A stretch of 64,000 nucleotides of DNA from a virus, in the IMG/VR virus record IMGVR_UViG_3300012964_000002, positions 1 to 64,000 of that record; one strand, given 5' to 3'. Below, one piece after another: positions 36,921-44,543 of this stretch. The notes under the pieces are model-generated. The model saw nothing but the letters and a program-made list of their open reading frames with translations. It did no database searches and was not told the DNA's origin. A program made the translations under genes and the position numbers. Each line of letters begins with the position of its first letter. Position 1 is the first letter of the stretch.

Positions 36921-37420
36921 GCGGGCTCCGTCCTCTTCGTCCTGTGCTGGTCGGGCAGGCGCCCGGGCCGGGCGGCGCCCCGCTCGGCCCGCTGCGGGGC
37001 GGGCGCGTCGGGCGCCGCCTCGCGGACGCGGCGGGGCTTCCGGAGGAGCGGCTCGCGGAGGTCTTCGAGCTGTGGAACCTCCTCGGCGCCTGGCCGGGCC
37101 GCGCCGGCGAGAAGGGGGACCGCTTCCCGCTCCCGGCCGCCCGCGCGGCCGCGGCGCGCCTGCTGCCTCTCCTTGACGGGCACCACGTCGTCCTGCTGGG
37201 GTGGAACGTCGAGCGTGCGTTCGGGCTGGGAATCGAGGCGCCGCTCCGCTGGCTGCAGCACGAGTGGGCGGAGGGCGAGATGCTGGTCGCCGTTCTGCCC
37301 CACCCGTCGGGCGTGAACCTCTGGTGGAACCGGGCGGAGAACGTCGCGGCGGCGCGCGTGTTCATGCGCGGGCTCGTCGAGCACGCCGCCGACCTGCGCG
37401 AGGGCGCGCCCCGTGCTTGA
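36917..37420 (+). CDS. uracil-DNA glycosylase-superfamily protein
   Basis: LVGQAPG, WNL, VVLLG, LPHPSG motifs. Confidence 0.75.
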   Translation: MSGLRPLRPVLVGQAPGPGGAPLGPLRGGRVGRRLADAAGLPEERLAEVFELWNLLGAWPGRAGEKGDRFPLPAARAAAARLLPLLDGHHVVLLGWNVERAFGLGIEAPLRWLQHEWAEGEMLVAVLPHPSGVNLWWNRAENVAAARVFMRGLVEHAADLREGAPRA

Positions 37421-38201
37421 CGTCCTGCTCGACGCGGGGAAGGGGCAGGGAGCCGTCGTTGTCCACGGCGACGGGATGGAGCTGCTCCGCGCGCGCCCCG
37501 ACCGATCCGCCGGCCTCGTCCTGACCGACCCTCCCTACGACCCGCGGACGCACGAGGGGGCGCGCACGAACCGGGAGGGGGCGGGCGACAAGTCGCCCAT
37601 CCTGTTCGCGCCGTTCTCCGAGGAGCAGGTGCGCGAGCTGGCGCGCGAGGCGTGCCGCGTCACCCGCGCCTGGGTGGTGATGACGCTGGAGTACAGGATG
37701 GCCGTCCACTTGGAGGACGACCCGCCGCCGGGCGTGCGGTTCGTGCGCCTGGGGATCTGGGACAAGCTCCGCACCGGCGCGCCCCAGAAGTCGGGTGACC
37801 GCCCCGGGATGGGGTACGAGGCGGTCGCGATCCTCCACCGCGACGACGTCGGTCGGATGCGCTGGAACGGGCACGGGCGTGACGCGGTCTTCCGCCACGC
37901 CGTCGTGCGCGGCGGGCACCCCACGGAGAAGCCGGTCGGCCTGGGCGTCGAGCTCGTGCGGCTGTTCTCCGACCCGGGCGACGAGGTGATCGATCCCTTC
38001 TGCGGCTCCGGCGCGTTCTTGGAGGCCGCGAAGGTGGAGGGACGTCGCGCGGTCGGCGTCGAGCTCGACCTGGCGTGGGCCAGGAGGGCGGCGCGCCGGC
38101 TCTCCCAGGCGGTCATCGCCGCGCCCGCGGCGCCCCGCGCTGAGCAGCCCGATCTCCTCGTGGTGCCTCGGACGAGGCGCCCCCGTGCCGCCCTTCCTTG
38201 A
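37413..38201 (+). CDS. DNA N6-adenine/N4-cytosine methyltransferase (beta class)
   Basis: TDPPY, HPTEKP, DPFCGSG, GVELD. Confidence 0.92.
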   Translation: MLDVLLDAGKGQGAVVVHGDGMELLRARPDRSAGLVLTDPPYDPRTHEGARTNREGAGDKSPILFAPFSEEQVRELAREACRVTRAWVVMTLEYRMAVHLEDDPPPGVRFVRLGIWDKLRTGAPQKSGDRPGMGYEAVAILHRDDVGRMRWNGHGRDAVFRHAVVRGGHPTEKPVGLGVELVRLFSDPGDEVIDPFCGSGAFLEAAKVEGRRAVGVELDLAWARRAARRLSQAVIAAPAAPRAEQPDLLVVPRTRRPRAALP

Positions 38202-38225
38202 CTTGTCAGAGGTCTCGGCTATGTT
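38198..38225 (+). promoter_or_regulatory. putative sigma70-type promoter
   Basis: TTGACT-N16-TATGTT upstream of the HNH gene and paralog array. Confidence 0.55.
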
Positions 38226-38240
38226 GGTGATGTGCTCGCC

Positions 38241-38432
38241 ATGGGTGCCACCGTCTCCAGCTCCGCGCTTCCGCGCCTCCGCCTCGTGCCGAACGATCTC
38301 GAGGCGCGCCCGCACAACCCGCTGGCGCCGCTCGCGCACGTCGCGTTCTGCTACCGCTGCGCCCTCTTCTGCGTCCCGCTCGGGACGAAGGAGCGCTGCC
38401 CGGAGTGCCAGATGGTGTACCCGCGGGAATAG
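38241..38432 (+). CDS. small zinc-ribbon protein
   Basis: CYRC...CPEC. Confidence 0.5.
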   Translation: MGATVSSSALPRLRLVPNDLEARPHNPLAPLAHVAFCYRCALFCVPLGTKERCPECQMVYPRE

Positions 38433-38459
38433 CGGCACGTTCCGGGCAAGTCTCAGTCC

Positions 38460-38942
38460 ATGAGCCTGCGTCGGAAGCACGGGCACTCTTACGGTTCTGA
38501 CGGCAAGCCGTCCCGCACGTACAAGAGCTGGCAGGCCATGATCGAGCGGTGCACGCGGCCGGCGCACCACGCGTGGTCTAACTACGGGGGGCGCGGAATC
38601 GAGGTCTGCGAGCGATGGCGCTCCTTCGAGGCGTTCCTCGCCGACATGGGCGAACGTCCCGTCGGGAAGACGCTGGACCGCTACCCCAACCGTGACGGAA
38701 ACTACGAGCCCGGCAACTGCCGGTGGGCGACGTGGGCTGAGCAGCGTAGCAACTCCAGGCAGAACCACATGCTGACGTTCCGGGGTGAGGAGTGCACGCT
38801 TACGGAGTGGTCTCGGCGCGTCGACATTGGCAAGTCCACAATACGGCAGCGCTTGCTGAAGGGGTGGAGCGTGGAGGCCGCGCTGACGACGGCACCGTTG
38901 CCGCACGAGCACTGCGGTAGCATCAGAAAGCGGACGTCGTGA
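38460..38942 (+). CDS. free-standing HNH homing-type endonuclease
   Basis: SWQAMIERC...YGGRGIEVCERW...TLDR...GNYEPGNCRWAT...Q..N; lower GC. Confidence 0.85.
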   Translation: MSLRRKHGHSYGSDGKPSRTYKSWQAMIERCTRPAHHAWSNYGGRGIEVCERWRSFEAFLADMGERPVGKTLDRYPNRDGNYEPGNCRWATWAEQRSNSRQNHMLTFRGEECTLTEWSRRVDIGKSTIRQRLLKGWSVEAALTTAPLPHEHCGSIRKRTS

Positions 38943-39268
38943 GGCAGCGCGGGGCCGTCGTCGGGCGTCTCCCGCGCGGGTGGGTATCGTTGGACGCAGC
39001 GGCCGCGCTCCTCTGCATGGAGCCGTGGCAGTTCTATAAGTGCCTGAGCGACCGCGAGATTTCATTTTACCCGCGGGGGGTTTCGCACTACCGCTGGGGC
39101 GCCGCCAACCTGCTCAACCGCCTGCCCGCGCTCGAGCTCGTAGGCTGGCGCGGCAGCAGGCACCTGTACGACTGGAACACGCGCGAGCACCGCGCGACGC
39201 ACGTGCGGAGGCGCGCCGTCGTGGAGTGGATCGCGCTGCGCGCAGCGCGGCTGCTCTCAGCCGGCTGA
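38939..39268 (+). CDS. wHTH paralog family member
   Basis: WVSLDAAAALL...THVRRRAVVEWIALRAARLL. Confidence 0.65.
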   Translation: MRQRGAVVGRLPRGWVSLDAAAALLCMEPWQFYKCLSDREISFYPRGVSHYRWGAANLLNRLPALELVGWRGSRHLYDWNTREHRATHVRRRAVVEWIALRAARLLSAG

Positions 39269-39270
39269 GA

Positions 39271-39522
39271 ATGCGCGGCGCGGAGGGCAAGACCTCGGGC
39301 GTGACCGACGACGGATGGATCCCGCTCGAGGAGGCCGCGGAGCGCGCCGGGTTTGCCGACAAGAACGACCTCCTGCGTTCGCTCCCGTCCGTCCTCTTCG
39401 ACGACGCCAGCATGGACCAGGGGCCGACGGAGATCCTCGCAAGCTACCTGGAAAACTGGATGGCGCGCCGCGTCGTCCTGATGCTAGAAGTCGACGCTCC
39501 GGCGGTGAGGTCCCGTGGCTGA
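39271..39522 (+). CDS. wHTH paralog family member
   Basis: WIPLEEAAERAG...LENWMARRVVLML. Confidence 0.6.
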   Translation: MRGAEGKTSGVTDDGWIPLEEAAERAGFADKNDLLRSLPSVLFDDASMDQGPTEILASYLENWMARRVVLMLEVDAPAVRSRG

Positions 39523-39931
39523 CGAGTGGATCACGCTGGAGGAGGCGGCCGACGTCCTCCGGACCACGGTCGGGGACCTGGCAACGGAGCTGTCTCGCTC
39601 TGGATCCCTGCTGTCGAGTGGGCAGCTTCCGCCGTCTGTCGAGCTCACGCCGGCGTGGCCGAACGTGCGTGTGTGGCACATCTGGACGCCCAAAGGGATC
39701 GGTGCGCAGGGCAACCGGTTCGACGAGGTCAGCCTGCGGTCGCGCTCGCTCGGCGCGTTCAAGGCCACGCACGTCCACTCCGGGGACCTCGAGGTGTGGG
39801 CCGCCGACCGCGCCGCGCGCCTCGTGAGCACGTGCAAGGTGTGCTTCGGAAAGGGGTTCGTTCCGTCGAAGCCGCCGATGCGAGCGGTGGTTCCGTGCCC
39901 GATGTGCGGCGGATCGGCCAGGCGACCGTGA
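39515..39931 (+). CDS. wHTH paralog family member with CxxC tail
   Basis: WITLEEAADVL...THVHSGDLEVWAADRAARLV; CKVC...CPMC. Confidence 0.7.
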   Translation: MADEWITLEEAADVLRTTVGDLATELSRSGSLLSSGQLPPSVELTPAWPNVRVWHIWTPKGIGAQGNRFDEVSLRSRSLGAFKATHVHSGDLEVWAADRAARLVSTCKVCFGKGFVPSKPPMRAVVPCPMCGGSARRP

Positions 39932-40281
39932 GCGAGTGGCTCACCGTGAAGGCGGCCGCGCGGGAGGCCGGGTACATCGACTGGGTAGACCTCGTGTTCG
40001 ACCTGGAGAGCTCGCTCGCGCCGCCGGGCATGATCTTCGACGTCTCGCTGGTGAAGACGGAGCTGCGCCGCGGGGTGGAGCAGTTCACCGGCACGTACCG
40101 GTGGAGCCCTTATGGGCCCAAGACGTTCATGTTCTCGCACCTGCACGCGGAGGACTTCAGCGCGTGGGTGGCGCGTCGCGCGGAGCGCATGCTGTCGAGC
40201 CGGTGCCGCCGATGCGGGGGAACTGGCCAGGTTGTCAACCAGGGGATCCGGGAGAGGTGCGAGTGCCGCGGCCTTCGATGA
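39928..40281 (+). CDS. wHTH paralog family member with CxxC tail
   Basis: WLTVKAAAREAG...SHLHAEDFSAWVARRAERML; CRRCGGTG. Confidence 0.7.
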   Translation: MSEWLTVKAAAREAGYIDWVDLVFDLESSLAPPGMIFDVSLVKTELRRGVEQFTGTYRWSPYGPKTFMFSHLHAEDFSAWVARRAERMLSSRCRRCGGTGQVVNQGIRERCECRGLR

Positions 40282-40700
40282 TCTTCTCGTTCGACGAGGG
40301 AATGTGGCTGCGCTGCGTGTCGCCGAAGACGCCGTGGCACCGCCACGACGAGGGGATGTGGCTGTCGGAAGCGCGCGCGGCCGAGCTGCTCGACCTCGGC
40401 GACTGCGGGTGCCGAGGTGAGTGGAGGTGCGGGCCGTGGCCGAGGCACGCGCGGATGGCGGAGACGAGTCCCTTCAACGGGCGAGAGCTGGCCTTCCCGA
40501 AGGGGGTTGGCGGACCTCCGGAGCTGCGGTTCGCCTGGCAGCGCCGCGACGCTCTCGGACGCTGGAAGCCGCCCGGAGACGACTCCTACTTTTGGCGTCC
40601 GGACGTCGAGCGGTTCGTCGCGTGGTACGTGGAGCACCTGGCGGAGCAGTCGGCGCGGTTGCTGTCGAACGGCGGATCGGAAGAGGAGCTGGCCGGGTGA
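40278..40700 (+). CDS. wHTH paralog family member
   Basis: WLSEARAAELL...FWRPDVERFVA...SARLL; duplicated DEGMWL. Confidence 0.6.
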   Translation: MIFSFDEGMWLRCVSPKTPWHRHDEGMWLSEARAAELLDLGDCGCRGEWRCGPWPRHARMAETSPFNGRELAFPKGVGGPPELRFAWQRRDALGRWKPPGDDSYFWRPDVERFVAWYVEHLAEQSARLLSNGGSEEELAG

Positions 40701-40963
40701 GCGCGAGCCACGAGCACGCCGGGACGTTGATGCTTCGCGTCGTTCTCGCCACCGCCAGAGGTTCCACGGAGCGTTGGCCGTCCGACACCTTCGTGGAGGA
40801 GATGACGGTGTGTGCGGAGTGCGGCGCGCTGTTCGTGCCGCCGGACCAGATCGAGGAGGTCGCCGCGCGCGCGTCGGAGCGCATCCTGCGCGACCGTCAG
40901 CAGCAGGTTCCCCGGACGGAGCACGAATCGACCGCGTCCGTCGGCCCTTGGAAGCGGCGATGA
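40697..40963 (+). CDS. hypothetical protein within array
   Basis: CAEC; VAARASERIL tail similar to the family; lacks the N-terminal W motif. Confidence 0.5.
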   Translation: MSASHEHAGTLMLRVVLATARGSTERWPSDTFVEEMTVCAECGALFVPPDQIEEVAARASERILRDRQQQVPRTEHESTASVGPWKRR

Positions 40964-41280
40964 CCGGCTGGCTGACCGTCAGGAAGGCGGCGGAGCGCGC
41001 GGGGCTTTCCCCAGAGGCGATGGCCGGCCTGCTGCTGGGGTACGCACCACTGCTTGAGCTCAGGGGGCCGGAGGGGAAGCCGCTGTTCTCCGACGTCGAC
41101 CGCTTCCTCGTGCGCGAGCGGGACGTGGATCGCGTGCTCGCCGACGGCGCCGCGCGAATGATGTCGTCGTGCAGGGTGTGCAGCGACACGGGGTCCGTCA
41201 CGGTGGAGGACATGAACGGGCCGCCCTACTCGGTGCTGTGCCCGAGCTGCCGTCCTGACAGGGGGTCGGCGTGGCGGTGA
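40960..41280 (+). CDS. wHTH paralog family member with CxxC tail
   Basis: WLTVRKAAERAGLS...VRERDVDRVLADGAARMM; CRVC...CPSC. Confidence 0.7.
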   Translation: MTGWLTVRKAAERAGLSPEAMAGLLLGYAPLLELRGPEGKPLFSDVDRFLVRERDVDRVLADGAARMMSSCRVCSDTGSVTVEDMNGPPYSVLCPSCRPDRGSAWR

Positions 41281-41771
41281 ACGTCGATCTCGAGCTCTGG
41301 GTGCCACTCGACGAGGCGAGCGAGCTTCTCGCCTTGGACCTGGCGCGGGAGCTGGGGGACTCGCTGAACGGTTGGGTGTGGTTCGCGCGGCACTTCGTTC
41401 TCGGGACGACGCCGCCGGACATGCGGAGGCCGGACGGGATGACGCTTCTGCTGGCCAACGTGCCTGGCGTGTCCGCCTGGCCGGTTCGCGTCAGAAAGGG
41501 GAACGTGCGACCCACGCCTTCGTGGGGCGGCGACGTGCTGGTCTGCATGGTCAGCCACGTGTGGAGAGGCGACGTCGACGTGTTCCTCGCGGAGCGCGCC
41601 GCCGCGCTGCTCGGGACGGGGGGCGTCGCGGTGAGGAGGGGGCGAACGCACTACTTCTGCCCGGTGTGCCAGACGAACGTGATGCCGGTCCTGATTGGAA
41701 TAACCAGGGTGAACCTGCCGCCCGCGTGCTTTCGGTGCGGCGCGCGGTTCATCGGGGCGGAGCGCGGGTGA
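41271..41771 (+). CDS. wHTH paralog family member with zinc ribbon
   Basis: WVPLDEASELL...SHVWRGDVDVFLAERAAALL; CPVC...CFRC. Confidence 0.7.
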   Translation: MAVNVDLELWVPLDEASELLALDLARELGDSLNGWVWFARHFVLGTTPPDMRRPDGMTLLLANVPGVSAWPVRVRKGNVRPTPSWGGDVLVCMVSHVWRGDVDVFLAERAAALLGTGGVAVRRGRTHYFCPVCQTNVMPVLIGITRVNLPPACFRCGARFIGAERG

Positions 41772-42115
41772 GCTGGGTGCCGATCGAGGAGGCGGCCGCC
41801 GCGCGCGGCCTGTCCGGCGGAGACCTCGCCGACGTGCTTCAGCATCGGGTGGTGGTCAGGAACAGAAGGAACGCCAGGCTTCGCGGCGAGACGTGGGCGC
41901 GCGGGATCGTCGCGGTGAAGGAGGGCAGGCTTGGCGTGCCGTGGTGGGCCGTCAAGACCGGCGACGACGTGGCCTTCGTGTCGCACGTCTGGGGCCCGGA
42001 CGTGGACGGCGCCCTCGCCGCCGCGGCGGCCGAGCACCTCGAGGTGGACGCGCATCGCGCGCGCCTGGCCAAGGAGCTGAAGATGCTCCGCGAGAGCAAG
42101 ACGAGGCGGCGGTGA
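41768..42115 (+). CDS. wHTH paralog family member
   Basis: WVPIEEAAAARGL...SHVWGPDVDGALAAAAAEHL. Confidence 0.7.
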   Translation: MSWVPIEEAAAARGLSGGDLADVLQHRVVVRNRRNARLRGETWARGIVAVKEGRLGVPWWAVKTGDDVAFVSHVWGPDVDGALAAAAAEHLEVDAHRARLAKELKMLRESKTRRR

Positions 42116-42492
42116 GCTGGATCTCCTGGGACGAGGCGGCCGCGCGCGCCGGCGTGCCCGTCCTCGAGTTCGCGCGCTCCGTCGCGCGCACTTCCTGGAC
42201 GGTCTCGTGGTCGATCTTTTCTCCGCAGGACCGGGCGTTCAAGCAGGCGACGTCGTACAGCTGCTGGACGCAGGACACGGTGCGCGCCGTCGTCGTGCGG
42301 GTGGTGTCGTTCGACGGCGACACCTCGCTCGAGGCCGTCGCCAGAAGGGAGCGCGACTCCGGGGTGTGGCGCGGGGCGGACGGGTGGGCCGGGTCCCTGC
42401 TCGACTCGACGCACCTGTGGGACGAGGACGTGAACAGGCTGGCGGCCATGCTCGCCGCCGAGCTCGTCGAGGACGGGGCGAGGGCGCGATGA
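42112..42492 (+). CDS. wHTH paralog family member
   Basis: WISWDEAAARAGV...THLWDEDVNRLAAMLAAELV. Confidence 0.7.
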   Translation: MSWISWDEAAARAGVPVLEFARSVARTSWTVSWSIFSPQDRAFKQATSYSCWTQDTVRAVVVRVVSFDGDTSLEAVARRERDSGVWRGADGWAGSLLDSTHLWDEDVNRLAAMLAAELVEDGARAR

Positions 42493-42948
42493 GCTGGGTG
42501 ACCTTGGAAGAGGCGGCGGAGCGCCTCGGGCTGTCGAAGGAGGACTTCGCGCTGGAGCTGGCCGAGTCCGGCGCCGCCGAGCGCTGGTGGGCCAAGAGCG
42601 ATCCGAAGAATCCGAATCTGTTCCGCGGGGCGCTGCGCGTGACGACCCGGCAGGGGCCGACCGTTTCCCTGAGGAAGGGGATGCACAGGGGCACGCGCCT
42701 CGGGGCGATCGCCGCCTCGCACGTCTGGGAGCCGGACCTCGAGCCCTGGGCCGCCTGGTGGGCCGCCGAGCAGCTCCGGGACCGCTCGCTCGACTACGTG
42801 GCCGACTTCGCCGACGGCGACCGGCTCGACAGGGTGGCGCGCGACTGGGGGGTTCCTGCGCCACCCCGGGGAGGACGACGTCGCCTTCCGCGGCCGCCTC
42901 GCCGCCGCCTCGGCCCTCTTCGCCGGAAAGGGGCCCGACGTCCCCTAG
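42489..42948 (+). CDS. wHTH paralog family member with apparent frameshift at G6 (42847-42852)
   Basis: WVTLEEAAERLGL...SHVWEPDLEPWAA; removing one G gives DWGFLRHPGEDDVAFRGRL...stop at 42948. Confidence 0.6.
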
Positions 42949-43117
42949 CCCGGGCCGGCCGCCCCCGGAGGTTCCCGGCACCTCCCCGGCGCCCCGGGGA
43001 GCCTCGCGCCGCCCCGCCCCCCTCCTCCCGCCCCTCCCCGGGGAGGAAAGGCGCCCGCGCGGCCCGCCGGAACCTCCCCCTTGACCGCCGCCGCCCCTCG
43101 GAGGGAGAGTTTCCCGC

Positions 43118-43906
43118 ATGGGCTCAGGCCGCGTCCCCTACACCCGCGAGCTGTACGACATCCTCGTCGCCGCCTTCCGGGAGGCCCCCGGCAACTACGC
43201 GCACGCCCTCCGCAGGTCCGGCATGTCCGACAGGAAGGCCATGCGCCGCGTCTGGGAGAAGGGCTGGAAGAATCTCCCGTGGGCGCGCCCGATTCGGCTC
43301 GTGCTGGAGGAGGAGCAGAGGGACGCCCTGCTCGAGGTGGCGCGCCTGAAGGAGCGGGAGCGCGAGGAGCAGGAGAGGCGGCGCGAGGAGGTCAGGGCGG
43401 AGGCCATCAAGTCGCGCGTGGAGGAGGGGCAGGCGGCCGACCTCGCGCGGCGGAACAGCATCGCGGCCATGGCGTCGATGCGCCCGCTGCTCGTCGGCAT
43501 CCACAAGCTCGCGCCTCGGCTCGAGGCGGTGCTCTCGGACCCGCAGCTAAAGGTGGACCCGGAGAAGGCGGCGAAGCTCATCCTCGACATCTCGCGGGCG
43601 TCGAAGTTCGCGGGGGAGACGGCCCACCGCGCCATCGTGATGAGCCGCCTCATCCTCGGGAAGCCTACCGACATCCTCGGCATCGGCGGCGCGGCCGACG
43701 ACGTGGACGACATGTCCATGGAGCAGTGCCTGGAGGAGCTCAAGGTCATCGAGCAGGAGGCGCGCGAGGCGCTCACGACCGCGGCCGCCCCGCGCGAGCT
43801 CACCGTCATCCAGGGCGGGAAGCAGGCGGCGGACGGCACCCCGCCGCCCGACGACGACGGCAAGGGCCGCGGCGGTTCCGGGTCTCCGCCTCCGCCCGCA
43901 CCGTGA
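43118..43906 (+). CDS. putative terminase small subunit
   Basis: N-terminal HTH-like region, coiled coil, DDMSMEQCLEEL tail; upstream of TerL (position-based inference). Confidence 0.5.
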   Translation: MGSGRVPYTRELYDILVAAFREAPGNYAHALRRSGMSDRKAMRRVWEKGWKNLPWARPIRLVLEEEQRDALLEVARLKEREREEQERRREEVRAEAIKSRVEEGQAADLARRNSIAAMASMRPLLVGIHKLAPRLEAVLSDPQLKVDPEKAAKLILDISRASKFAGETAHRAIVMSRLILGKPTDILGIGGAADDVDDMSMEQCLEELKVIEQEAREALTTAAAPRELTVIQGGKQAADGTPPPDDDGKGRGGSGSPPPPAP

Positions 43907-43917
43907 AGGGAGAGGTC

Positions 43918-44184
43918 ATGACGCGGCTCAAGGCGTGGTTCAAGCGGCTTCGCGCGGCGCTCGCTCGATGGCAGGAGCGCCGCGAGCGCGCTCGCGCGGT
44001 GGAGCGGTGGGACGGGGAGCGGTGCTGGATGTGCCGCGCCAGGAAGGACGCGCACGTCGGGCGCATGGGTGAGACCTGCCCCGACGGCAGCGGGGGGTTC
44101 GTCGGGCAGCACATCAGGCGGCGGCCGGGCGCGGAGATCGAGCGGGCACTCGCTGCCCATCCCGTGCGGGGCGCGTGCCTGTGA
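43918..44184 (+). CDS. hypothetical protein
   Basis: GGAGAGG RBS; CWMC...H...C. Confidence 0.5.
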   Translation: MTRLKAWFKRLRAALARWQERRERARAVERWDGERCWMCRARKDAHVGRMGETCPDGSGGFVGQHIRRRPGAEIERALAAHPVRGACL

Positions 44185-44543
44185 GCCCCTGCGTGAGGGC
44201 GATCACCGTCAGGTTCGAGGTCGTGCAACAGAACGGTCTCGAGATCGAGTTCGACGAGACCTTCGCGACGGACTCGGTGGAGAGGGCGCTCGAGCTAGCG
44301 GAAGAGTACCGCCACGTTCCGCCGCTTCCGCTGGCCATGGCCGCCCGGGTCGTGGCTGACGACCTGTACGAGAACGGGAGGACGTACCCCAGGAAGAACT
44401 GGTGCGTCACGCACCAGCGACCGATGCCAGCTCACGACGTGACGTCGGCGTGCCGCACCCAGAAGCTGACCGAGGCGATGTTCGCCTCCGCCTCGGCGTC
44501 CATGCTGGAGGAGGACGCGCGTCGCCGCGCGCGCCGCTCGTGA
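44181..44543 (+). CDS. hypothetical protein
   Basis: GTGA overlaps on both sides. Confidence 0.55.
   Translation: MSPCVRAITVRFEVVQQNGLEIEFDETFATDSVERALELAEEYRHVPPLPLAMAARVVADDLYENGRTYPRKNWCVTHQRPMPAHDVTSACRTQKLTEAMFASASASMLEEDARRRARRS

Noticed and set aside
38939-42948. Diversity-generating retroelement or integron as the source of the paralog array
   Set aside because: No reverse transcriptase, no near-identical template/variable repeat pair, no attC-like spacers; the genes overlap directly
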